Shown one piece after another: positions 1 to 7,264 of a stretch of 7,978 nucleotides of DNA. Source of the stretch: Paraspadella gotoi. Taxonomy: Eukaryota > Animalia > Chaetognatha. The DNA lies in assembly GCA_051294375.1 (NCBI GenBank), contig JBJCIZ010000589.1:1-7978 (forward strand). Direction: 5' to 3'. Within the stretch, counting starts at the first letter, position 1; the number at the start of each line of letters is the position of its first letter. The position numbers and the translations under genes are program-made. The notes beneath the pieces are model-generated. The model worked only from the letters and a program-made list of their open reading frames with translations. It did no database searches and was not told the origin of the DNA.

Positions 1-147
1 TCATTAATAAAACAAAAAAAAAAGTTGTATTAATAACCTTTATCTAACTTTTAAAGCTTCTATCAGAATCTATTATAAAAAAAAACTGAAAGGCAAAATT
101 TTAAAAATTATTTTCATTTTCATATTATGAAATTGTACAACAATATA

Positions 148-230
148 AAAATTATCCATTCATTTAATAAATAAGCTATCTTAATATATATAGAAAATTA
201 TCCATTCATTTGAATAAATAAGTCTTATCT
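148..230. repeat. Two-copy tandem duplication, period 46 bp
   Basis: AAAATTATCCATTCATTT(G)AATAAATAAG..TATCT at 148-181 and 194-230. Confidence 0.85.
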
Positions 231-676
231 ATTATTTAATAGTCGCTTTAACCATTATTTATTTGAGAGAACTTCTCGTTTTTCAAACCTGTTTTGGCCT
301 AGAATACAGTAAAACGGGCCAAATTTGAACACTTTTTATAATTCTAGTTCTCTTTAACAATTTTTTTTTCCTTTTACTACTAAATCAATTTTCAATGCTA
401 CTTTTTTGATTTAGTTCATTTTGTTTGTTTGCACTGAATCTTTTAAATATTTATTAATATATTAATAATTATATAAAGTTTTGACGGAATTTGTGGCAGT
501 GGAAATGAGTTTAGATGGAAAAAACATAAGTCACATTTAACTTGATTCTTTAATATTAATGATTACGTGGAATAAATGTTTTAATTAATTAATTAATTAT
601 TTTAATTAATGTGAAAAAATGATGCATAGTTAAAAAATCTTAAAAGCATAAAGATCCGTCGTCAATGCATAAAAAA

Positions 677-709
<33 letters not shown>

Positions 710-722
710 GAGAGAGAGAGAG
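677..722. repeat. (AG)n microsatellite
   Basis: About 23 AG units with one C interruption at 697. Confidence 0.97.
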
Positions 723-958
723 GAGAAGACAAGGAGACATAAAAATAAAATAGAGGATATTTGTTTGTTTTTTAGAAAATGTAAAACAAAACATATTTTA
801 ATAACTGTCCTAACCGCAGATTTTAAGGACATCGATGATTATCAGTTTGAATATAAATTTAAAATTAATTATTACATATTAAAATTAATTAATAAATTAA
901 TTAAATCGATTTAATTAATTATCGTAGCGCAGATCCGACATTGTTTGCTGCAAACTTG

Positions 959-1003
959 TTTTATAGGCCAAATGGCTCTCATGCGAAGGCCCAACGAATT
1001 TTT
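959..1003 (-). repeat. ~45-bp copy of the broken left end of the Gypsy fragment
   Basis: TTTTATAGGCCAAATGGCTCTCATGCGAAGGCCCAACGAATTTTT versus TTTTATAGCCAAATGGCTCTCATCGAAGGCCAAACGAATTTTT at 3489-3531: two 1-nt insertions and one substitution. Confidence 0.9.
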
Positions 1004-1102
1004 ATCGAGCAGGACAGGCTTCGCCTGGTCCTGGCTCTAATAATGTTTAGGATTGCTTCTTTGTGACGTTAGTCCGTCGTCGTCGTCGTCGTCGTCGGCG
1101 TC
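999..1102 (+). mobile_element. Putative terminus of a non-autonomous Helentron/HINE (DINE-1-like) element
   Basis: TTTTTAT start, GC-rich hairpin GAGCAGGACAGGC-TTC-GCCTGGTCCTGGCTC (1007-1037, two bulged G), then GTCC(GTC)n microsatellite (1072-1102). This order matches HINE/DINE-1 architecture. The other end was not identified. Confidence 0.55.
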
Positions 1103-1250
1103 ATGCTTGTTTTTATATAAAAAGCCTACTACGGCTTTATATAGGTTTGGCTGTGACTTACCTTTTTTTTTAAATAAAAATTATTTATTAATTATGATAA
1201 AGTTTTACAAAAGTGTGCGATCATAGTAAGGCTTAAAAATTTAGATATGG

Positions 1251-1487
1251 CTTCTCATCTTGAAAACGCTTTGGATTTAAGTATTTTTTGTTTGAATTCC
1301 CACTTCAATATGATTACTGCAATATGCAAATGAGATTATACGTACTCATTATAATATCCAAATTAGTATATAGAATGCTTTAATCTAATTTACATATTGC
1401 AGTATATAATATTAAAGATGAAATTCAAAAAATTGTTTTTTAAATCTTAATAAAAATGGGAACTCAAAGGATTTTTTAAATGAGAAG
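1251..1487. mobile_element. Degenerate foldback/MITE-like inverted repeat
   Basis: Outer arms CTTCTCATCTTGAAAACGCTTTG (1251-1273) and CAAAGGATTTTTTAAATGAGAAG (1465-1487). Inner arms 1291-1338 and 1381-1429 include TACTGCAATATG / CATATTGCAGTA. Confidence 0.75.
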
Positions 1488-1502
1488 TGCGGCCACCTGA
1501 GT

Positions 1503-2097
1503 GAGAATATTTCAAAATTAGAAATAAACTCAATCCAACCGGGGATTCGATCCTTGACTCAGGGTACTGGCAAGCGTCAAGCCTAGCTAATCGGCCAACC
1601 AGGCGGCCCTGGCAAATCTCCCGGTTTATTATTATCCTTTTAAAACTTTAATCTAGACTTCGAAGCTTTTGTTTTGTTTTGATTCATCTAACAAAAACCA
1701 GGAGTCCTACGCCTTTTAATCATAATGTTTTTAACTGTTTTCCTCAGAGGGAAACAAAACGTTTTGATTCAGTCTTGTTTTCGAATCTGAATAAATAAAC
1801 AATGTCAACTTTTTATTCACTTGTTTTAGCTTCTTTTCTAACATGTAAATAACTAGCAGTTATGAAACTGGAGAAACAAAGTTTTTTATCTTAAATGAAT
1901 TAAATGCTGCAATTCTAAAAATGAATAAATTCACATCAATAGAATTAATCTGCTGATGAACAAACAAAGTAAATACAAAGTAAATAAACTTTTATCTTCG
2001 AAGTCACGTGTGTCAACTTTCCCTGCGCTACGGCTAACTCGTCACGAAGGAGTCCAGCTCGCTACGTCTTTGCTTAGTGTAGCCACACTCAGTTGTC
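1503..2097 (-). repeat. Copy A of a ~570-600-bp repeat family with tRNA-like head
   Basis: Collinear with 7297-7861: GGATTCGA (1543/7334), CCAGGCGGCC (1599/7389), TTCGAAGC (1659/7455), exact ATCTTCGAAGTCACGTG (1994/7788), TTCCCTGCG (2019/7812), exact CACTCAGTTGTC (2086/7850). Confidence 0.85.
1535..1608 (-). promoter_or_regulatory. Degenerate tRNA-like Pol III internal promoter (A and B box)
   Basis: Minus strand reads TGGCCGATTAG (A-box-like) ... GGATCGAATCCC (B-box-like, one mismatch to GGTTCGAATCC). No convincing full cloverleaf. Confidence 0.55.
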
Positions 2098-2234
2098 GCG
2101 TCATCTCGTGGCGTATCAACGCCACTCGGAGCCACGCCACAGAAGCTAATATCTTAATTTTAATTACAAATAAAAATAAAAATCTTTTACAAGCTATTGT
2201 AACATATTTTTGCCTTTCTTTTATTTCTTTAAAT

Positions 2235-2372
2235 TATATATATATATATATATTTTTTTTTCTTTTCTGCACGAGCTCTGCAGTGACTGTACAGCGGCCT
2301 TCCAGCAGCTGTCGCAGCTTTGTCTCTCTCTGTTTCTCTCTCTCTCTCTCTGTCTTTCTGTCTCTTTCTCTC
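2235..2372. repeat. (TA)9 and CT-rich simple repeats
   Basis: (TA)n at 2235-2252; imperfect (CT)n/TCTG at ~2322-2372. Confidence 0.9.
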
Positions 2373-2415
2373 TTACAATCGTTCGTTTTTTGAAAAAATT
2401 CTTATTATTTCTTTC

Positions 2416-3101
2416 CTTCTAAAAACTTTTATTATCGCCATTTTTTTTCTCATACAAAATCCCAAATTTACATCCGAGATTTTCGTGCATCCATTTTAGA
2501 AAAAGGGAAGAATAACTTATTATGCAGGCAATGTCCATGTACATCAAACTTGTGTGACACGTAAGGCAATACCTGCTATATATCCGGGAATTGCGCGGAT
2601 TTAATATAAATAATATATAATATAAAAAATATAACAATCTAAAATTTCATTCAAGATTAAAATTTTTTAGGATGAGGAAGATAAATTTTTTTTTAATAAG
2701 TAAAAAAAATATGGAGTCAAAAAAATATAATAGTCGTTAACTGATTATTGTCCAACTATATATTTTGTGTTAATAGAGATTATAATTTTTGACCGTTATT
2801 ATTGAAAATAGTTTAGCTTTATACGACGAAGTTTTCATTTCATACAATCAATATCAATCTCATTAATTTTCAATAATATGCAAAAACATAAGGTTTTTCA
2901 ACCTCATTTTGAACTAGATGAACAAAAGATCTTCAAGTCTTATTTCAATTGAAAAAAAAATAGAAAGTTAATTGATGCTTAATCACACTCTAATAAAACA
3001 ATTGTTATTTTTATCACGCACTTTTTCTTAATACAAAATCCCAAATTTATTTCCGAGATTTTCGTGGATTTTATATTTTTTCTTCTAAAAACTTTTATTA
3101 T
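2416..3101. repeat. Dispersed direct repeats in permuted order (A-B ... B-A)
   Basis: A = CTTCTAAAAACTTTTATTAT at 2416-2435 and 3082-3101. B = ATACAAAATCCCAAATTTAnnTCCGAGATTTTCGTG at 2452-2487 and 3031-3066. Confidence 0.85.
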
Positions 3102-3112
3102 TATTTTATTAT

Positions 3113-3190
3113 TCTCTCTATATTTCTCTCTCAATCAACTCTCTTCTTTCTCTCTCTCTCTCTTTCTCTCTCTTCTCTCTTTTCTCTCTC
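3113..3190. repeat. Imperfect (CT)n microsatellite
   Basis: Pyrimidine-rich CT dinucleotide run. Confidence 0.9.
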
Positions 3191-3200
3191 TAATTAACTC

Positions 3201-3454
3201 ATCACGTCAATGAATGACGAGGCATCGCAATCAATGAAATGACTATCACCGCATCAATGAATGACTATCATCGCATCACATGAATGATTATCATCGCGAT
3301 CAATGAAGACTATCATCGCATGCAATGAATGATTCATCATCGCAACAATGAATGACTATCATGCGCATCATCCTTCGGTTTATCATCGCATCGAATATTT
3401 GGTTATATCGCATCAATATTTGGTTGATCATTCATCAATATTTGGTTATCATCA
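3201..3454. repeat. 22-bp minisatellite, about 11 units, two variants
   Basis: ATCATCGCATCAATGAATGACT x~7 (3201-3357), one aberrant unit (3358-3381), ATCATCGCATCAATATTTGGTT x~3 (3382-3447). Confidence 0.93.
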
Positions 3455-3490
3455 AAAGTAGGCTCGATCCTTATTGCTTTTAAGATTTTT

Positions 3491-4120
3491 TTATAGCCAA
3501 ATGGCTCTCATCGAAGGCCAAACGAATTTTTCAGCTACCGATTGACGAGTTCGTTCTACTCCAGGGTGGCCGAGATTGTGGACAGTCTCGAAAACTTGTC
3601 GACGCCAGGAGAACGGAACGAAGGGACGAGGAGGGCCGTTGCTGACGTCGACCGTGAATGAAATTGCTCCTATTGGAATTTTACGGAAACGGAGAACTGA
3701 AGCGGCGTCGCTCGTGATGCGTCGATAGTCAGTGTCGAGTGGTTGATCTACGGCCATCTTCTCCAAGTCGACGCCGTGTTGTAAGATTGAGAAGGCGAGT
3801 TGGTTCAAGTTTTCGTGTTTCTCCGGGGGCAGATCTTTGTTGATGGTCGCCACTATGGGAAGGGGAGGAGGAGCGGGGTCAGAGAAAGAGGGGAAGAGAG
3901 ATTGGGGAGGGTGGGGATTCGGATTTTCTTCGACGTTGGGGCGAGAGAGGGAATCGGCGACCACGTTGGCCTTGCCAGCCAAGTATTGAATGTCCGTCGT
4001 GTACTCCGCTATGCCGGCGAGTTGGCAAGTTTGTCGAGCGGTGTGTGGTTCGGATTTCTTGGCTAAGGCAGGGAATAGCGATTTGTGGTCGGTAAAGAGA
4101 GTAAATTTCCTTCCCTCAAA
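3491..4120 (-). pseudogene. pol: pol fragment 2: C-terminal RNase H, Pro-rich linker, N-terminal half of the integrase H2C2 Zn finger
   Basis: Frame of ORF 3491-3982 is open upstream to at least 4120 (FEGRKFTLFTDHKSLFPALAKKSEPHTARQTCQLAGIAEYTTDIQYL) and is shifted 1 nt from fragment 1. HNLGH is present; CxxC and the DDE core are absent. Confidence 0.92.
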
Positions 4121-4364
4121 CGGCGAGGGTGGCGTTTTGACGAGGATGTCCGAGCATTGCAGCTGGAGATAATGCTTTTTTGATGGTCTCGAAAGCCGCC
4201 TGGCACCCTGGGGTCCAGTTTAAGACGCGTGGTCGTGCTTTGGATTTCAAAGCTTCGAATAATGGGTATAAATGATGGGCGGATCTGGGAATAAAGCGTC
4301 TATAGTAATTTACAAGTCCAAGGAATCTCTGCAATTCTTTTATGGATGTCGGCTTAGTGAAAGT
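4116..4364 (-). pseudogene. pol: pol fragment 1: RT thumb/connection up to the start of RNase H
   Basis: Frame of ORF 4116-4334 extends upstream through TFTKPTSIKE. It ends LGHPRQNATLAV* just before the expected TDAS motif. Confidence 0.9.
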
Positions 4365-4372
4365 TACATACG

Positions 4373-4917
4373 AAAATTCTAAAAGTCAGTTATGAACAAC
4401 ATACCATCAGTAATTTGTAAAAAAAATTAATTTCATGTTTTTCAATTTTTGCAGTAGGCTATATTTATATATAGTACTATCCTTATAAAATCGAAAAATT
4501 TTAAAATAGGCTTTTCTTAATTTTGATTGCAGATTTGAATTCCTCGTCAAAAGTTGTTAAAAGAAAATATAAATCATTTTTAAAAATTCTTTCATTAAGT
4601 GGGTTAAAAATTAAAAAAAATATATTTAATATATAAAAAATTAATTTTCAGCTTAAAATATAGCTGTTTCTAATTTTTGACCCACTTAATGAAGGAATTT
4701 TTCAAAAAGAGTTATATTTCTTTTTATAAACTTTTTATGACGAATCCAAATCTGCTAAAAAAAATTTGGGAAAAACTGTTTTGAAATTTTAACATTTATT
4801 GGTTTAGTACTAGTATAAATATGGCCTACTGCGTAAATTGTAAAATTTATTATGAATTTTTTTATTACATAAATGTTCATTAGTATAATGTTGTTCGTTC
4901 CTCACTTTTAGAATTTT
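4373..4917. mobile_element. 545-bp palindromic foldback/MITE-like element
   Basis: Termini AAAATTCTAAAAGT / ACTTTTAGAATTTT. Internal arm pairs GCAGTAGGC/GCCTACTGC, GCAGATTTG/CAAATCTGC, TTCATTAAGTGGGT/ACCCACTTAATGAA. Centre AAAATTAATTTT at 4637-4648. Arms are diverged; no clear TSD. Confidence 0.88.
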
Positions 4918-5528
4918 AATTAAAGTTAAATTTAGAAATTTTACGACGCCTTATTAACCATCATTTTGACATCAGACCATCAGATTCAAATGGACTTGTC
5001 CGCTCAGGAAAATATTTTTGACGAGATTTTTATATATAAATTTTTCTCAACTTCAATACAATATAAACGCATTTAGGACATGTTGTGATTTTACAATAAA
5101 CTTCGAATTCAGGAATCCGATAGCCATTTGTCTGAAGGGCTCTCAAAATTTTTCTTTACATTTTATTTAGTTATTTTAATGTTAAACGATCATGGTAAAG
5201 TGAATTCGTCCATTTTGGTGAAATTTTCATTTAAAGTAAAAGTAAAAGAGGAGCTTACGGAATTCTAAGAGTTTTCAACCGGGAGTCGGATTTGGGAAAA
5301 ATCTTCTATGGCGAAAATCTTCCAAAGAAGGGGTGGATTTTCTGAAGATTTTGGTTAATATTTTCTATATTTATGGTCGGATTTTTTTGAAACTTAACAA
5401 TAGCAATATTGCCATCATTCTACATTGGCCGGTAAAATAATATATTAAAAAAACCTCTGGCTTTTTTCGTCAGAGCTTAGTCCTAAGTAATGACGCCGTA
5501 GGGTGAGTCATATGCCAAAAGTTTGATG

Positions 5529-5577
5529 AAAAGCTGATGAAGGCTTGAAATGAAGCCGAAAGCATGTCCTGTCTTTT
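5529..5577 (+). ncRNA. Minimal type I hammerhead ribozyme motif (HHR-1)
   Basis: AAAAG-CUGAUGA(5534-5540)-A-GGCUU-gaaaug-AAGCC-GAAA(5558-5561)-GCAU-GUC^CUGUCUUUU. Perfect 5-bp stem II, predicted cut after 5568. Stem III has one extra G relative to HHR-2 and stem I is weak. Confidence 0.72.
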
Positions 5578-5651
5578 GAATTAAAATTAAATCGTTTGTC
5601 AAAATTTAAATTTCAAACTATATGTGGACTAAATCCACCAAACGTTCATCA

Positions 5652-5908
5652 GCGGCCATTCGGTGCCGGAGGACAAGTCATCGCCTCCCAACCCAAATGG
5701 TCGCGGGTTCTAGCCCGGTGGTCGGTCGTGTGTTAGTTAAGAGTGACGGCGGCTTAACTTCCGCCTGTAACATGGTGCTTGAACAGCCTGATTCTCCGAT
5801 CCTGAAGCTATGGCTGCTTATATTGAACAGCTCTGTCGCGTATACACATATTCAATAATTAGCGTCTTCATAACTGTCCTAAGTCGTGCCCATAACAACC
5901 GAAAAGAA
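5652..5908 (+). mobile_element. tRNA-derived SINE-like element (3' limit approximate)
   Basis: Acceptor-like stem CGGCCAT (5653-5659) / GTGGTCG (5718-5724), T-arm CGGGTTCTAGCCCG (B-box variant), weak A box, then a GC-richer body with several short hairpins and an A-rich end (GAAAAGAAA). Confidence 0.55.
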
Positions 5909-6377
5909 ATATTTATCATAAGGTTTTCAATTTTAAAGTGATGCTGGGAGTATAAGCAAACTATTTGATGTGTTGTTTGACGTGTAAGGTGTTTACACCG
6001 ATGTAGATTTGCAAAAGAAAAAGTTCATACGAGTACAGCGAAGAAATGGCTGTGTTCTGCCGAATAAGAAATACAGAGTCAAAATGTTGCTCTTCCTATC
6101 CGCTATGAAAAAGAATGTCCTTTTCCTCACTTTTTTTATAAGAAAAATAAAAGCTTAAAATCAATTAAGTCATTTGCAGTACAGAAACAAAGTTAGTCTA
6201 CCGTTTAGTGATATTTGGTTGCGTTAACATTGTGACGTACACTTTTTATGGTTGGTTGTCCGGCGTACTGTTGTCTGGTTCCACTTATATTTTAAATATT
6301 AAAACAGTTAACGAATATCTATATATATACAGTAAGGAAACATATTATCTTGTTTATTTTACTAATGATAACAATCG

Positions 6378-6439
6378 TATGATTTGCGGACATGTTTCGA
6401 CTCTGTGGAATTCGAGTCTTCATCAGCTTTGAAATCATA
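6378..6439 (-). ncRNA. Minimal type I hammerhead ribozyme motif (HHR-2), Penelope-like
   Basis: Minus strand UAUGAUUU-caaa-G-CUGAUGA-A-GACUC-gaauuccaca-GAGUC-GAAA-CAU-GUC^C-gc-AAAUCAUA. Full catalytic core, 5-bp stem II, palindromic ACAUGU stem III, GUC triplet (cut between 6389 and 6388), 8-bp distal stem I. AATAAA ~30 nt downstream (6358-6353). Confidence 0.85.
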
Positions 6440-6636
6440 ATTCCAAACATTAAGTTTGTGTGAGAGAGAGAGAGAGAGAGAAAAGTAAAGAGAGAGAGAA
6501 ATAAAGAGAGAGTTTCCAACAAAGAATTGAGTAACCACTATCCTTTACTCAATTCTCTGTTGGAAACTATCTTTATTTCTTTCTCTCTCTTATGATTTTA
6601 AAGCTGATGAAGACTTGAATTCCACAGAGTCGAAAC
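6394..6636. mobile_element. 243-bp inverted duplication carrying hammerhead cores; candidate inverted pseudo-LTR remnant of a Penelope-like element
   Basis: Arms 6394-6440 and 6590-6636 match at 45/47. Inner arms 6491-6534 and 6545-6590 close a 10-nt loop. The left arm has an extra (AG)n tract. The right copy has CTGATGA..GAAAC but lacks the ATGTC cleavage segment. Confidence 0.75.
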
Positions 6637-6640
6637 TTTA

Positions 6641-7068
6641 TTGATTGTATTCTTTAGTTGTCAGTTCTGCTGGTTTTAAAACTCGAAATACAATGTTCTA
6701 TGAAAACATTTCTTCATCTTGTTTTTATTAATAATGTAATGAATACATTAATACTGAGAAAAACAATTGAAATCGAATCTCGAATGCTTTTATCTCTGAA
6801 TTAATTAATCTTCGAATTCTTAATCTACAAATTAATTAATCTCCGACATTTTAATCTCAATTCGATTCAAAATTAATTAATTAATTAATCTCGATCTCGT
6901 TTAAATCAATGAAACTAAATAATTAATCAATCGAATCAAATAAACTGTCAATCGATCATCAATTATTTCTGGAGTCACGTGACTACGTTTTCCCTGCGCC
7001 ACGATCGTCTCTGTGAGCACGCCAGCAACTCGCTCCGCTTAGAACTAAGTCACTACGTCGTCGTTGTC
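6641..7068 (-). repeat. Copy B (partial, no tRNA-like head) of the repeat family
   Basis: AATGTAATGAATACATTAATACTGAGAAAA (~6733) resembles 7641-7671; AGTCACGTGA at 6973, TTCCCTGCG at 6990, CTTAGAACTA at 7038 (identical to 7837). Internal expansion of AATTAATC/TCGA motifs at ~6780-6960. Confidence 0.75.
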
Positions 7069-7099
7069 ATTCGTGAGGCAAAAGCATCACTCTTATCCC

Positions 7100-7249
7100 N
7101 NNNNNNNNNNNNNNNNNNNNNNNNNNNNNNNNNNNNNNNNNNNNNNNNNNNNNNNNNNNNNNNNNNNNNNNNNNNNNNNNNNNNNNNNNNNNNNNNNNNN
7201 NNNNNNNNNNNNNNNNNNNNNNNNNNNNNNNNNNNNNNNNNNNNNNNNN
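7100..7249. other. Assembly gap (150 N)
   Basis: Run of N, flanked on both sides by TCTTATCCC (7091-7099 and 7250-7258). Confidence 0.99.
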
Positions 7250-7264
7250 TCTTATCCCCGCCAC

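Larger units (their letters stand above)
3491..4364 (-). mobile_element. Ty3/Gypsy LTR-retrotransposon pol fragment (defective, no LTRs seen)
   Basis: GC-richer island with domain order RT-RNase H-integrase. Motifs: FTKPTSIKELQRFLGLVNYYRRFIP; EGRKFTLFTDHKSL; AEYTTDIQYLAGKANVVADSLSR; RPFVPFSWRRQVFETVHNLGHPGVERTRQSVAEKFVWPSM. Confidence 0.96.

Noticed and set aside
305-332. TA-CAGTAAAACGGGCCAAATTTGAACAC as a Tc1/mariner-pogo type TIR
   Set aside because: No partner inverted repeat found in the window.
1956-2637. ORFs 1956-2393, 2210-2422 and 2419-2637
   Set aside because: They run through (TA)n, (CT)n and repeat copy A, giving low-complexity translations with no recognisable domain.
3201-3454. 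CRISPR-like repeat/spacer appearance
   Set aside because: The variable parts are only 8 bp and are themselves repeated; eukaryotic context, no cas genes.
3800-4172. Plus-strand ORFs 3800-4066 and 3990-4172
   Set aside because: Antisense shadows of the Gypsy pol frames.
4964-5148. Possible fourth foldback (TTTTGA..TCAGA..CAAATGG / CCATTTG TCTGA..TCAAAA)
   Set aside because: Only short patchy matches; cannot be separated from chance without alignment statistics.
1953-5652. Other CUGANGA matches (1953 +, 5342 +, 5467 -, 5646 -)
   Set aside because: None is followed by a closed stem II plus GAAA and a cleavage triplet.
801-5882. Shared 13-mer ATAACTGTCCTAA at 801 and 5870, loosely like the rDNA I-CeuI site
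   Set aside because: Match does not extend and there is no rRNA context.
6030-6115. Possible small host exon on the minus strand (TTTTTCATAG ... GTATGA)
   Set aside because: Splice-like signals are common in AT-rich DNA and the translation is unrecognisable; RNA-seq would be needed.
5622-6522. ORFs 5622-5858, 6208-6432 and 6319-6522
   Set aside because: They overlap the SINE-like element, hammerhead and (AG)n tract; no protein motifs. No Penelope RT or GIY-YIG remnant was recognised nearby.
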